Of a stretch of DNA of 64,000 bases, positions 21,399 through 34,351 are shown piece by piece (position 1 is the stretch's first letter; each line of letters opens with the position of its first letter). Position numbers and translations under genes: made by a program. The stretch lies in the NCBI GenBank assembly GCA_030295235.1, contig AP026167.1, positions 620,001 to 684,000 of the forward strand, given 5' to 3'. Under the pieces are notes generated by a model. It made no database searches. It saw nothing but the letters and a program-made list of their open reading frames with translations, and had not been told where the DNA came from. The stretch comes from Fistulifera solaris. Taxonomy: Eukaryota.

Positions 21399-23094
21399 AT
21401 GTCGCAACAAGCTTGGAATACGGCCGTAATGGGTCTATGCCTTACCGTGATTTGCTTAGTGGGAGCTTCCTCGTTCCGGCTGGAGACAGGGCAGACAACG
21501 CGCAATCTTTCACTCATTCAAAAGACAAAGTTCACGAAGTCGTCACTGAGTTCTGCAGTAAAATCCCAGACTCGTTTCGTTTCTTTGTGGAGAGTCTTTG
21601 CAATATTTTCAGCAACTATATGAATGAAAAGAGATTTAGAACGGCTAAAACAGAACTGACGGAAGACGTAGTTGACATGACGATCATTAATCATGCTGGT
21701 TCCTGTCAATGCGAAGGTGTTACATTTATGGTACGTTAAGATTGAAATGGGGCCGAGTAAGTTATCTAGTGATTTCACTGACTTGAAAATTTTCGCTTTG
21801 ATAGATGGAAGCCCCTCGCAGTCTTAAGATTGAAGCGCCGTCAATGAAAGGCGCACACGATGACGAGGCCTTGAATAAGAATACTTTTACCAAAACGATT
21901 GTGCAACAAAAACATTTTTCTCTGATACAGGGAAAAGAAAACATTCGCAGCTACCAAAAACCATTCAAACCCAAAGAAACAGAATATCATCATGCACTAG
22001 CCGTCTACGCCTTTTCGCACCGTTCGAAGCGTGATCAAGCGCTTAATCCGAACACGATCCAAACGTTCTGCGGGTTGTGCGGAACACAATTGGTTTGGAA
22101 GCCTCACCACAGAAGAGACGCTCATCCTTTGCTTCACGTCAATGTTCATTGCCTTAAATCAAACTGGATACCCCTACCAAAAACAGAGCATCACCTTGTC
22201 AAACAACAATCACTCAGCTCGTCAAGGAAGACAGTAACACTTGATTTACAAAAACGCAGAGATTCGTCCGGTGAACTGTCCACGATACCATCGACTGTAT
22301 CCAGTGCGACGTCCAGCGTGCACAGTGAAAACTCCCATATAAAAGAGGAACATAAACTTTTTCATGCTGAAGCATCAGCAGCCGTTTCGACAACTTCGGA
22401 AGACGATTTGGAAAAGGCAAAGTACGAAAGCACAGTACACGATCCTTTGGAGCAAAAATTGCATTCATTTTTAAGTGTTGAAGGGGAAGATATGGAGCGA
22501 TCCGTTTGTTCTGAAACAGCTTCGACTGTAACAAATTCATCCATGTCCATGACGAGTGGATGGCGTCTTCGCGATCCCAACGGGGTTTGGAGTTCAATGG
22601 GGTCAGCAACATCTACCAACTCCAAAATTAGTCTGGAAGACAGGCTAAGCGACAAAGACTCACAAGATGCTTTGTTGTTTCAAATGCGCAAGCATCTCTC
22701 TAGTCACACGAGTCCGCGAAACGCACTTCCCAAAGTATCGGCCGGTGACGAGGATGAAAGCGATTTTCGAACGAACAATGACGAAAAGTCAACCGCCACT
22801 TCAGTGAAGGACAATATACCCGCTACGCCTGCCACAAAGAGACAAACAGCTCCCATGTCAAACACAAAGAAAAGTCTGTTTGGTAGCGGATCAAGAAAAA
22901 ATGCAGCAAAACTAGTTGACGATGATAGCAGCGCTTCCGTGGTGTCCGCCCTCGATAACGACAGTCCGGGTTTCATCCCTCCCTTATCCTCCCAGAGTCA
23001 AGTGTACGAACCGCCTTCCATTTTTTCAACAAATTGCTTCGACCAACAAGATAGTTTGAGTTTTATACCAGGAAGATGCATAGAATTATTATGA
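21399..23094 (+). CDS. Degenerate GFA/CENP-V (Mss4-like) domain protein with Ser-rich tail; intron 21731-21804; probable frameshift near 21508
   Basis: HAGSCQCEGVTF, TFCGLCGTQL and HVNVHCL. GTACGT...ATAG intron. The N-terminal hydrophobic segment is in a different frame. Confidence 0.6.
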
Positions 23095-23112
23095 CAAGCA
23101 ACTAGCATTATC

Positions 23113-23700
23113 TTAATTAGCGTCCAGAACAACTGTCGTTTCCAAGGGTCGTTCAAAAATGAGCACGGCTTCGTCCGTGCGAGCTTGTGTGTTCGATGTG
23201 AGAGCTTCCATGACTTCTTTCCACGTACGTGCGGTCATGACATCATACATGTAACACTGCCATTTGATACTGCCGCCGACAAACGATCCAACCGTATTCG
23301 CGATGCTTTCCCCTCGTGGCAATCCAATCGCAAAGCGCGACGTGTACCTCAGAATATCCCCTTCTCGTTCTCCACCCGGTCCATCCTGAGTGCATAGCAC
23401 AAATCCCCGAGCCGGCGCGACGGCAATTTGAAAAGGTACCCGATATCGAACGACAATGGCTTCCGAGGGCACGGCCAAAATCGAAGGAAATGTTACTTGC
23501 ACGGCTTGATTGGAAGTCGACGGTGGGAGTTCGAGGGGAATGGAAAAACGTTCACCAACGGCTTTTCTTGTAATGGAATTTTCTTTTCTTATTCTTAATT
23601 GATGTCGATTTATTATGGGAAAGCCGCTGACGAGATGTCGAGAGACGAGCAACGACCAAACAATCAGTTGCCTCACGGATAGTCTCACTATTCTCTTCAT
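23113..23700 (-). CDS. Hypothetical protein with probable bipartite plastid-targeting leader
   Basis: MKRIVRLSVRQLIVWSLLVSRHLVSG-FP leader followed by a globular-looking ~150 aa region. No family recognised. Confidence 0.6.
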   Translation of the reverse strand: MKRIVRLSVRQLIVWSLLVSRHLVSGFPIINRHQLRIRKENSITRKAVGERFSIPLELPPSTSNQAVQVTFPSILAVPSEAIVVRYRVPFQIAVAPARGFVLCTQDGPGGEREGDILRYTSRFAIGLPRGESIANTVGSFVGGSIKWQCYMYDVMTARTWKEVMEALTSNTQARTDEAVLIFERPLETTVVLDAN

Positions 23701-24381
23701 AACTGCATTGCAAAACAAGGGCGCCCAAGATTGCTGATTACGTGATATTAAACCGAAAAGGAAGTATGTATACTTGGCAAAGAAATGAACTTGGAATAAA
23801 AAAATCAGCAGCATTCTATTAAGTTAAAAAGAAGCAAGCAAAAGCCGATAATTATAAAAAAAAAGTTGTTGCAGTCGTCACACACGATTCCATTACCGGT
23901 GTGTTAGTAGCACAGATTTTGAGCACTTATGTGACCTATACCAAGGACCTCCTTGACCTATACACAATCCTTATAATAGATCGCAATGTAGGCCACCTTT
24001 TCTGATGACTGGGTTTCAGTCATGAGTACTGATTTTCTTTCCATTGCATTCAACCAACAAATTATCCAACGTCTTTGTACCACTTGTCCATTGATAGATT
24101 AGAGATTACAGTTGTGGTGCTTTTAGCAATTGCACTTTTCTTTTGTCAGTAGAGGCAATGATGGAGAGATATCGATAACCGATTGTGATGTTCACGACTC
24201 GTAGCCCGTGACTGAAAGCTTCTTTGCCGTCCTTCCTCCTACCTCCTCCACCCGTTTTCTTTGGCACCCCGAAGAAAAGCAATGAAAATCCTTCCGTCAA
24301 AAGCAAAGAATTGTTTCTCTTTCAAATAAATTTGTATTTTATTCCCATTGTTACACACATTAACAAGAACAAAAGGTTAAC

Positions 24382-25571
24382 ATGGTAGCAGGTGGCGTGT
24401 ACGTTGTCAAAGAAAGTGGCCTGGAGTTTCAGCAAAATCATCAGAGCGACGAATCACCCGTTTCTTCCGATGTTTATCTGAAGCAATTTAGGTGAGTTGT
24501 TCGATGAAGTTGTTTTAATAATATCGTGCTTTCTCATCAGGTATGCTTCTATTGTACACAGAGATGGATTTGAAATGAGAATCTTGGAGCAAAACTCGCC
24601 CAACGAGTTGGTATTGGAACTGCTGCACGTCGATACTTCCTTTGTCAACGCACTTCGACGCATTTTACTCGCCGAAGTTCCCACTGTGGCTTTGGAAAAT
24701 ATTTTCATGTGGAATAACACCAGCATCATTCACGACGAAGTTTTAGCCCACCGACTTGGATTGATTCCCTTGAATATAGATGCGCGACTTTTGGAGGCAC
24801 CCGACGAAGAAGATGATAGTCCCACCGATCGCAACACGGTTGTCTTTCGAATGATGGTCAAATGCACCAAGCCCCCAAAGAAGAAGATACGTTCATGAGT
24901 GACGATGACGAAGAGACTCCCGTGGCCGGTGCAGATACAAACATGTCACCCCAAGCCGCCGCTGCGGCGAGTCGTCCACCATCTTGTCCCAAGATCGCCC
25001 GTACACCAAGCACGTTTATTCACGTGACTTGGAATGGGTTCCCCAGGGAGATCAAGCGACTCGCTTCCCGCAAGGTATACGGCCCATTCATGACGATATT
25101 CTCATTGCCAAATTACGCCCCGGACAAGCGATTGAATTGGAAGCGCACGGGCGGGTGGGGATTGGGAAAGACCATGCCAAATATTCACCCGTCGCTACCG
25201 CATCGTATCGACTCATGCCTCGTATCGAGCTGTTGGAGGATATTTACGACGAATTGGCGGAAGAACTCGTGCACGTCTACGAGCCGGGTGTCTTTGATTT
25301 GATGCCGGTCACCGATATTCCCGGACGGCGTTGTAAAGCGGTCTTGGTCAACCCGTACGCCTGCACCATGTCCCGAAATTATATGCGCAATCCTCTATTG
25401 AAAAAAGCGATTGCGATGAGTCGTATTTCAGATCATTTTATTTTTTCAATCGAGTCAATTGGTATGTACAATCCGGCCGTTCTCGTAGCCGAAGCCCTTC
25501 GATTATTACAGCGAAAATGCACTAGACTAATGGATCTGATTGATGAAAGCCAAGATCAACCTGTAGCATAA
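24382..25571 (+). CDS. RPAC1: RNA polymerase I/III subunit AC40; intron 24492-24540; frameshifts near 24873 and ~24960
   Basis: VNALRRILLAEVPTVA, NNTSIIHDEVLAHRLGLIP, DILIAKLRPGQ, GIGKDHAKYSPVATASYRLMP and HFIFSIESIG. Confidence 0.93.
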
Positions 25572-25668
25572 TGAAAAGTAAAAACATGAATTCTAGAAGG
25601 TTGCCTTACGTTCGTATAATAACATAATCAGAAAAAATATATAGGAAATCGACGACAATCGTAGGCTC

Positions 25669-27136
25669 TCATCTGGGGACCCCTTTCTTGGCGTGCTCTT
25701 GCGGCTTTAATACCTTACTTCCAAATCGGACTCCTCCGGCCCTTGATTGAGTGCAATCCACGAGACCCAACTCCCGGGCACTCTCCGCCCAATAAGGAGT
25801 CTTCCCTCGCGACTTGTCGACGGCACGGCGTAGTTCCCATTCTTGCCGAACCGACGGAGGCAAGTTTCTACATTTGCTGAGGTGACATCTCGTCCAGTTT
25901 GTCACAAGTCGGTAGATTTCGTTGCAAGACTTTGGATAAAAGACGGCCATGGTCGCTTCATTCTCGCGCTTGGGATCCTTCACGCGAGCTGCAGCGCAGT
26001 GTACACACTGCAGTCCTATGCGCCCGGTCATTGTATTAAACGTTTCATCTTTTCCTGGTTCAATGACAAAGAGCTCGAGTAATTCCGATCGGATGAAACA
26101 ATGCAGTGAATTCAGATGCAGATTGTCGGTAGACAGCGCCAATCGTTTCGGATAATCGTCCGGGATGACACAAGGAGGCGGTCCGCTCGACGGACTACTC
26201 GGATCTGTCGCTTCCTCTTCCAATGCAATGTCGTGATGAGGAATGGCCCCCGGAATGGGCGATTTGGACGCCGAGTTAGATCGTAGACCCAAAAGGAGCG
26301 ATGCGTCTTGGACCGAAGGTGTCGCTTTTGCACTTTTGCCGGAGCACCATTCTCGACCTTGTGAAAGGCCGAAGTACTGGAAGGCTGCGCATCACGGAGT
26401 GTCTTTCCGAAGGATTCTTCCAACCGCTGGTGCGTTGGGGGCTTGTTCTTCTGTTCAATCTTTTCGGTACGGATCTTGGGAGGTGCCGAGGAAGGAACTT
26501 GTTTCGTAGGAGGCGCCGGTGGAGGTGAAGGGGATCTTGGAGAGTTGTGATGATCATCGGAGGATTGACTATTCGCCATGGCAATTTCCTGCATCCGAGA
26601 GTGCATGGGATCAGGTGGGTAAGAGAACTCGGGGTATTTCTCACGGGGCGATTGAAATGTCCGTGCGCCAAAGGGGTGGATTGATAGTTCATAACGTTCG
26701 GCTGATAAGGATAATGATTCATCCCATGAAATGAAGGAAAAGGACGCCCTTGTCGTTGCGGATACATCATATGATTGTGCATCTGCGGCATCATCCCTGA
26801 ATAATGCCCATTGTAGTTTCTTGGATGACTCGAAGGTGTCGAATGAGGGAATACACCACCGCCATAGGCGTGCATTTCACCCTGATGATGAAAAGCACGA
26901 TCGGGAGGAGAAGGACGTTGCGGACGTCCCTCACTCGGAGCAGTGAATGTCCTCATCAATGGTAGAGCCATATCCGCCCGATGCGAAGATTTTGCCGCCA
27001 AAGAGTCTTGCTCCTGAGGACCGGCTTCCGGCCGAATCGGATACCGCGCATTCACCGCTTGTAACGGTGCTCGCTGAAAGGGAGCCATGTTGGGAGCGTT
27101 GTGAGCAGAATGCTGCATCCTCGACCCCGGTGTCAT
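25669..27136 (-). CDS. Pro/His/Gln-rich protein with C-terminal Cys/His domain, putative transcription regulator; two frameshifts (~26630, ~26290)
   Basis: Three overlapping minus ORFs chain together. The terminal domain reads LHCFIRSELLELF...GRIGLQCVHC...FYPKS...HLSKCRNLP...YWAESARELGLVD. Confidence 0.6.
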
Positions 27137-27924
27137 GGTGAAATGAAGCACCGCGCCTTTGGGAGACACCCGAAAAGAGCCGGTAGCTTTGCGTTCTGTC
27201 AACAAGAGTTAGCCACGCTAATAAATACCACCTATTCCTATGTAACCAACGGTCTCTCTAATTGAATTCAAATAACGGAAATATTTTAAAAATACTTAGC
27301 GCGCAGGCAGACTGCATTTTCCTAAATAATAGTTGATTATTATCCCCGCCGTTACCCAAGAATTAGAAAACAAATCTCGTTTCTCGTTGCTTCACAAAGG
27401 CAGGACTGGTTTGAATGAAAAATGTACTTTATATCTTATAGCCCCAGAAATGTCTGCTATAACGGTACTGAACGGAATGGAGGGCGAGAAATGTTGGCAG
27501 ATGTTTGTGATGATGATGATTCCAAATTCCATTGGTACGCGGTACGACACTCATCCGCCCAACAACCAACAACAACTTGAAGCTTGCTCGAAGATCGCAA
27601 AGAAAGTCATCGTTCAGCGGACAGTCGACGTTGGTAGAAATTTCACGGAGATGGGGGCATTGTGACGTGTCCTCTCGACACATGGATACATAGTGGACTT
27701 ACCTTTTTTTTTCTCTCTTGTGGTCGTCGCTGTTTTTGGGTCCGCAGGCCGGCATGCCACTTGCGTCAGTAAACAAAACCATGTTCGTTTGTGTGCGAGA
27801 AGAGAGCGCCTTCTTTTGTCGCGCCGTTGCTGTGGCGTTTTCTCTTTTTCACACACCCGTAAGTTGTTGCTGCGGCATTCTCGAATCCTATTATTTATTC
27901 ACTCTTTTGCATCAATAATTCACC

Positions 27925-28678
27925 ATGAAGGTCTTATCTTCAATTGTTGCTCTCGTTGCCGCTAGTTCGGTTTCGGCTTTTGCTCCTTTGGCTACTTCTA
28001 GCCGATCGGTGGTCACTCACATGGCCGCTTCCGAGGAGCTTTACATTGACGATGAGCGTCGTTTTATCATGAACTTGATCATGGTCGGTGCAGGAGGTTT
28101 GACTGTTCTAGGTCTTGGTGTTCCATACATTGCCTTTTTTGTTCCCCCCTGGTTCGGGTGGTGGTTCGGGAGGTGTTCCGGCGAAAGATGCCTTGGGTAA
28201 CGACATTTTGTCGAAAGAATACCTTGCCGCAAAGCCGGCTGGAGATCGTTCTCTTGCTCAGGGTTTGAAGGGAGATGCTACGTAAGTTTTTATTTCGTTT
28301 ACGGCTACTTGAGCATGTTATGCCCCATTGCCTTTTCTCACACTCTTTCTCTCATTCCTCCGTTCTTTTTTTTTCAACACGACCTTTTATTCGAACAGTT
28401 ACTTGATTGTCAAGGACGACAAGACACTCGAAAAGTACGGATTGAACGCCGTGTGCACTCACTTGGGATGTGTCGTCCCCTGGTCGGCTGCCAACAACAA
28501 GTTCATGTGCCCCTGCCACGGATCTCAATACTCCCCCGATGGTGCCGTTGTACGTGGACCGGCTCCTCTTCCTTTGGCTTTGGCTCACTGCGATATCGAT
28601 GAAGCCAGTGACAAGATTCTTTTCAGCCCCTGGACAGAGACCGACTTCCGTACCGGAGAAAAGGGATGGTGGAACTAA
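27925..28678 (+). CDS. petC: Cytochrome b6f Rieske Fe-S subunit, plastid-targeted; intron 28282-28398; one extra C at 28144-28149
   Basis: VSA-FAP leader. Corrected frame gives [23 protein letters not shown] and GLKGDATYLIV. Rieske boxes CTHLGCVV and CPCHGSQY, plus RGPAPLPL. Confidence 0.97.
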
Positions 28679-28890
28679 GTCTACATATTATCTATCTTGA
28701 AAAGTTACTCTACGTAAGCTAACGTTTGACCCCCTCTTGATGCTTTGACTAATAAACTACGCAATCGTTATCATCCATACATCCGAACAACATCTACATT
28801 GTATCGGAAACAGACGGCGTTTCTTATTTTTATTATCCATGATTCCAAACAAATTGGCATGGATTACCTGGTACGACTTTTAATTTTTTT

Positions 28891-30597
28891 TTAAAACACA
28901 TCGTCCGCGTCTACGGCCACAAAGGACTCGACCTTGGCCTTGGTCCCTGCGGGCATGATGTGTCCCGGTCCCACTTGACAGTCATTCAGATTGCAATTCT
29001 CGGCAATCCGAGCTTGAGAAGCCACTACCGTATTTTGCAATATGGTGTTTTCACCAATCTCCACGTCTTCGATCAAGACGACATTGTTCAAACGACACTT
29101 GCTGCCAATTTTGCATCCTCTGCCCACTACGGTGGATTTGAAGGTGACCTTGTCGCCAATCGTGCTCCCGGGGAGGACTACCGATTGAAATTTGGTGTTG
29201 GTTTCTGTTTGTGGCGCCAAATCCAAGAAATGTTGACGTGATGTGTGTTGTTGCAAGGACGCATTCAAACATTCGCGATTTGCGTACAAATAAGATGGAA
29301 CGGAATGGGACCGAAATACCGAAGAAGCGGTCACGGTCGCGCGGACGGCATATTCTTGTTTCAATAACAATGATGCATCTTCAAAATGAGACGAATCATG
29401 AACCCCACCCTCCGGATCGTGCATGACACCGTTGTCGCCTCTTGCAATCGTTGTTGACAATGGCTGACGCTTCTGCGACGGTTGTTTCAACAAGCGGAGG
29501 AGTGTTTCGGTTCGATCTCGATCCTCAGGTTTCAGAGCACTACCAAACGTGGCAGCAATGCCCTTGAACTGACGACTGATCAACAACGGCAATAAATCCT
29601 CCCGAAGCGAAACCACCGTCGCCGCACGTACTTGCAGCAACTGTCGAATCCACGGTGATAGGACATAGACATGTACATCATTCCAGTCGAGACCCACTTG
29701 AACACGTCCACCCGTAAGTCGTTGTTTGGGCAAAACGAACTTGGGAGACGCTCCCGTCATGTGCACATCTTCCTCAACATCCATCTTGGGTTGCTTGCTA
29801 ATGAGGCGTGGTCCCAATGTTTGGAGACGATCATACGATAGTGCCACGTATTCGATTTCTTCCTCTTCACGTGCCAGACTACCCTTCTTTTGCTTGGCCG
29901 ATTCTTTGAGTGGCATCCCATTTTCATCCATTTCACATACATCGGTCAGCAAGACAGTACACGCCGCCCTGGGATGATGATTCTGAAGACCCGAATTTGC
30001 TTGCCGATGTTGATGAATCAATGTTTTCAAAGGCTGATCGTCCAGTACGACCAAATCCCCCGGAAAGAGAACCATATGACTGGATGGATGTACACACGGT
30101 CGCGATCCTTTGAGCCGTTGTTCGAATAATTGCGTCGCTTCGATTTGCCGTAACGCATCTCCGGAACCAGCACACGGTTCATGTAAACGCACCACCGTAA
30201 TTTGGCAATTTAGCAACTGGAATGAAATAGGAATGCCACTTGATTCAGAGGAAGTTAGTGGATCAGGATCCTCCATGGGAAATTCTGTCGTCGTCGTCGT
30301 CGTCGTCGTCTCGTCCTCCTTCTCCTCCTTCTCCTTCTTGGGTCCTCCCGTGAGTTGTTGTAGAGACGGAATGGTGACGGTATCCTCCGAGGAAATCGCC
30401 ACAACACATTCCGTAAATCCGGTCGATTGAATGACACGTATTAATCGATGCAGTACAGGGATACCGACGATGGGCAATAAATGCTTCGGATGACGAAGAG
30501 ATGTCAGAGGAAACAGACGAGTACCGACGGAACTCGCCAAGATGACGGCGGTAAATTCACAAAAGGGAGAAGATCTGTAATTGCTACTACCGGTCAT
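28891..30597 (-). CDS. EIF2B3: Translation initiation factor eIF2B gamma subunit
   Basis: Nucleotidyltransferase-like N-terminus (AVILASSVGTRLFPL, PKHLLPI), DVHVYVLSPW, SLREDLLPLL and a C-terminal hexapeptide beta-helix. Confidence 0.85.
   Translation of the reverse strand: MTGSSNYRSSPFCEFTAVILASSVGTRLFPLTSLRHPKHLLPIVGIPVLHRLIRVIQSTGFTECVVAISSEDTVTIPSLQQLTGGPKKEKEEKEDETTTTTTTTEFPMEDPDPLTSSESSGIPISFQLLNCQITVVRLHEPCAGSGDALRQIEATQLFEQRLKGSRPCVHPSSHMVLFPGDLVVLDDQPLKTLIHQHRQANSGLQNHHPRAACTVLLTDVCEMDENGMPLKESAKQKKGSLAREEEEIEYVALSYDRLQTLGPRLISKQPKMDVEEDVHMTGASPKFVLPKQRLTGGRVQVGLDWNDVHVYVLSPWIRQLLQVRAATVVSLREDLLPLLISRQFKGIAATFGSALKPEDRDRTETLLRLLKQPSQKRQPLSTTIARGDNGVMHDPEGGVHDSSHFEDASLLLKQEYAVRATVTASSVFRSHSVPSYLYANRECLNASLQQHTSRQHFLDLAPQTETNTKFQSVVLPGSTIGDKVTFKSTVVGRGCKIGSKCRLNNVVLIEDVEIGENTILQNTVVASQARIAENCNLNDCQVGPGHIMPAGTKAKVESFVAVDADDVF
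30287..30310. repeat. (GTC)n microsatellite encoding a Thr run in eIF2B-gamma
   Basis: Eight tandem GTC units at 30287-30310, matching ETTTTTTTTE in the protein. Confidence 0.85.
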
Positions 30598-30962
30598 CTT
30601 GCGGATCTTGATTGTCTTACTTTATTATTATTAAGTTAAGGACTTTATCAATTTATTTGATCTTTGAGAATCAATGTAAATGTTTCATTTCCATGAGATC
30701 TTTCAACGACGCAACCCTTTGGTTACCTGGTACCTGGTACGCGGTACATGTACATTGGAGTAGGGACGTTTCCATGACTGCATTTCAGTCATGAGGCATG
30801 AATCAAATAGTACGTATCACTTATGCGTATCGGTACTCAGTCATTAGGTAAAGTTAGTCCTTTATATACTTTGTAGTCACACCCGTTAATCACAACCGCC
30901 ATCGTTCAAGGCAAAAAAATAAACAAAAAGGATTTTGTTGGAAGCGATCCTTTCTTTCGTTT

Positions 30963-31006
30963 GAACGAACAAATGAACGAACGAACGAATGAATGAATGA
31001 ATGAAT
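30963..31006. repeat. (GAAC/GAAT)n tetranucleotide microsatellite upstream of ALG11
   Basis: gaacgaac aaat gaacgaacgaac gaatgaatgaatgaatgaat. Confidence 0.85.
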
Positions 31007-31020
31007 AAGAAAAGAAAAGA

Positions 31021-32633
31021 ATGATAGAATTTATCCTCTTTTGTTTCATCAACTAAGGACACGGCTCATTTCGGCAGTACGCGGAGGACTTATTCTCCTC
31101 GTCCTTGTCACTGTCTTCCGCTTCTTGCTTCTTCGTCGACGATATGCACAAATACGACACAAATTACGGAATCATCTATCTTCTGCTAAAGTAGTCCTCG
31201 GATTCTTTCATCCCTACTGTTCTGGCGGTGGCGGTGGAGAACGGGTGTTATGGAAAATGATCCAAGACATTGGTATATTATGCGACCGTGGCTTTTCCGT
31301 ACAAATTGTGATTTATACGATCGATCCTCCGACTCCCACCTATCCACAACAGTTATTGCAACAAATCCAAGAACGATTCGATATACTTATATCCAAACAG
31401 TTGCCCATACAGTTCGTGCATTTGCATGCGTATGCTCATTACTTACAACCAGCTCCTCATCTTTCGTTGCTGGTCGAGTCGTACGGAACCATCCGATTGG
31501 CAGTGGCAGCTCTGGAATGGCATGTATCATCCACACAAGCACAAGCACTACCACTACCACCACTCCCGGACTGGTTCATTGATACCACCGGTTGTGCATT
31601 TACGTTTCTGGTTGCGCGATTACTGTACGGTTGTCGCATCATGGCCTACGTGCATTATCCAACCATCTCGACGGATATGTTGCAATTGGTATGGGAACGA
31701 CGAAGAAATACCGACAATCACTCGTTGGCAAATAATTGGATCATGACGTATGGCAAACTGCTGTATTATTGTTTCTTTGCCGTGCTGTATGGTGTCACTG
31801 GCAGTTTGGCGGACATTGTGTTTGTCAATTCACAATGGACTCGTGCTCATATACAACAATTGTGGAAATGGTCTCATTGGAAGAAACGAATACGTCTGTT
31901 GTATCCTCCGTGTCGTGTTCAACAACAAACAGCTGTTCTGCAGCAACCGCGGGACAATGTGATTTTATCCATTGGTCAATTCCGTCCCGAGAAAGATCAT
32001 CCATTGCAAATTGAATCGTTTTATCGATTCATACAGAAATACCCCGAATGGAGAGGCCGTGTTCAACTTATATTGATCGGAAGTTGCCGTGGACCGGGAG
32101 ATGAAGAGCGATTGAGCAGGCTTCGTGCTTTGGTGCAACAGTACCAATTATCTGCGACGGATGTGGATTTCGTGGTCAATCAACCCTACAGTGTGTTGCA
32201 ACAATGGCTCGCGCGGGCGAGTGTGGGTATTCATACGGTTAGTAAGAAATTCTATGTGTCAATATGATTTGACGTATAATCTAACTTTTATTCTTTGTTC
32301 GTCTGGATTCCTATACTGCACCCTACGTATTGTGCGTAGATGTGGAATGAACATTTCGGTATTGGGATAGTTGAAATGATGGATGCGGGTTTAATTGTTG
32401 TAGCGCACAATTCGGGAGGTCCCCAAACGGACATTATATCTCCTGGGGTGAATGGTTACTTGGCGACAACCGCCGATGAGTATGCGGATGCCTTGCACCA
32501 AGCCCTGTCGAACGAGAAGAATGACTATGGGATGCGGAGGAAAGCAAAAGAATCTTCGGCGCGTTTTTCGGACGAAGAATTTTCCAACACGTTCCAACAT
32601 GCAATACTCAGCGCCAAGGTGCTACATCCTTGA
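31021..32633 (+). CDS. ALG11: Alpha-1,2-mannosyltransferase ALG11; intron 32238-32339; ATG 31021 needs one extra T near 31040
   Basis: GFFHPYCSGGGGGERVLW, YVHYPTISTDM, SIGQFRPEKDH, GIHT|MWNEHFGIGIVE and AHNSGGP. Confidence 0.95.
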
Positions 32634-32689
32634 TTGGCCGCCACAGTCATTGTACTTTTTCTTAGCCGATCATTTTTTCGAACAAATCC

Positions 32690-34351
32690 TTAAACATCAT
32701 CGTCATGTTCTTCTTCAGCATTCTCATCCAATTCATCAATCGTTTCACTTGTAGTATTTCGGTTCATTCCGTTGCGTCGTCTTAGACCAGATTGTCGGCG
32801 TTGCTCTTTGAATGCCGTAATATATTCTGGATCAATCGATTCATGCTGCACAAGTAGCGCGAGTCCCCCGTGGTAGCTCGTATCGAGACCAACGAGTTCT
32901 TCCAATGGATCAGCCCGGAACCAACCTCTCCAATCGAGCCAGATAAAAAACGGAAGCATAAAGACAAATACCCAACCAATAATGAAAAGAATGCCAACTA
33001 GCTGCACACACAAGAGGCTAATGTCACCAGGTTCGCCTCTGCGGATGGAATAAAACCACCCAGGGTGAACGGAATGGCCAAAGCACATGTCTAGACGCCT
33101 CGGCGAAGCAAAGAGACCAACAGCAATGAGACCCCAGATCCCATTCAACATGTGAACAGGAATCGCATCTACTGCATCATCCAGACGTAGCTTGACTAGC
33201 CATCGCGATCCGTAAAGATACAACAACCCAGCTACAAAGCCGGTGACAACGGCAGCCCAAGGCTCAACGACTCCGCATCCGCCCGTTACAGCAACTAGCC
33301 CAGCCAGAGTCCCGTTCATGGCGTATTTAAGTTGGAAGACGGCTTCTCCGGTTGTTCTTTCGAGGTACCACAAATTCGCAAACAAGGCCGTGACACCCGC
33401 AACGCCCGCGGCGAGGGTGGAGTTTACAGCGGCGAGTGCTGCAAGCTTGCCTGTATACTCGTTCCCAATGAGAAGGGCAGAGCCACTATTGAACCCATAC
33501 CATCCAAACCATAGTATGAAAGTCCCAAGCATCTGTAGTGAGTTTGAAGGGTGAGGATAAAACGTTCGGCAAATCAAAACAAAATCAAAGCATTGTCAAC
33601 ACTCACCTGCAAAGCAGCAGAATGACCGGGAATTTCCACTGGAGAACGCCAATCGTCGACCCGCTTCGTCATGGAAGCGGCCGCGACGGGGACCGAGAAC
33701 ACTAGTGGCAAAAGTGCTGTCACTCCTCCCGTAAGGTGCACAACACCCGACCCAGCAAAGTCCACCATCCCAACACCCCACAGAGGATCTACCGAAAAAG
33801 CAGATAAAATGCCTTGTGCATTCCAAATAGCGTGTACAATAATCGGATAGACCCAGCCTGTGAGCACTATAGAATAGCAAAGATACGCCACCATCTGGCA
33901 TCGTTCGGCGAGTGTTCCAGCCACGATGGTAGCAGATGCCGCACTAAAGGCATAATGGAACAACCAGAACGCCGGATCCTCGACATCTTTCATGAAAAGT
34001 TCGACTTCCCAATAAAAGTTTTCTCCGCTGAATCTCTATCCATTCCCCCCGAAAGAGAATGCAAAGCCCACGAAGAAGTAAGCAATCGACGCGCCACAAG
34101 CGTCCAACAGATTCTTTAACATGGTGTTTTGAACGTTCTTCTTTCGCACACAACTCGGCGCACAACATGGCAAAGCCCGCTTGCATGTAAAAGATAAGAG
34201 CGGCCGCAAAGACCAGTAATACATCGCGAGCAAATTGTCGAGCCCCCATATCAGCGTTGGAAACGATGCATCGGATCAACTCTTTGGTGTCCTCGGTACT
34301 GTCTATATCGCAAAAGGTACCAACACCGGCGTTGAAGTCTCCGTACCTCAT
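32690..34351 (-). CDS. AMT1: AMT1-type ammonium transporter; intron 33533-33606; several frameshifts in the 5' half
   Basis: MQAGFAML, KNVQNTMLKNLLDACG, TIVAGTLAER, DFAGSGVVH, LWFGWYGFN, NGTLAGLVAVT and DDAVDAIPVH. Confidence 0.93.

Noticed and set aside
32690..34351. AMT1 as a true pseudogene
   Set aside because: The conserved motifs and both pore His residues are intact. The lesions look like the window-wide indel pattern.
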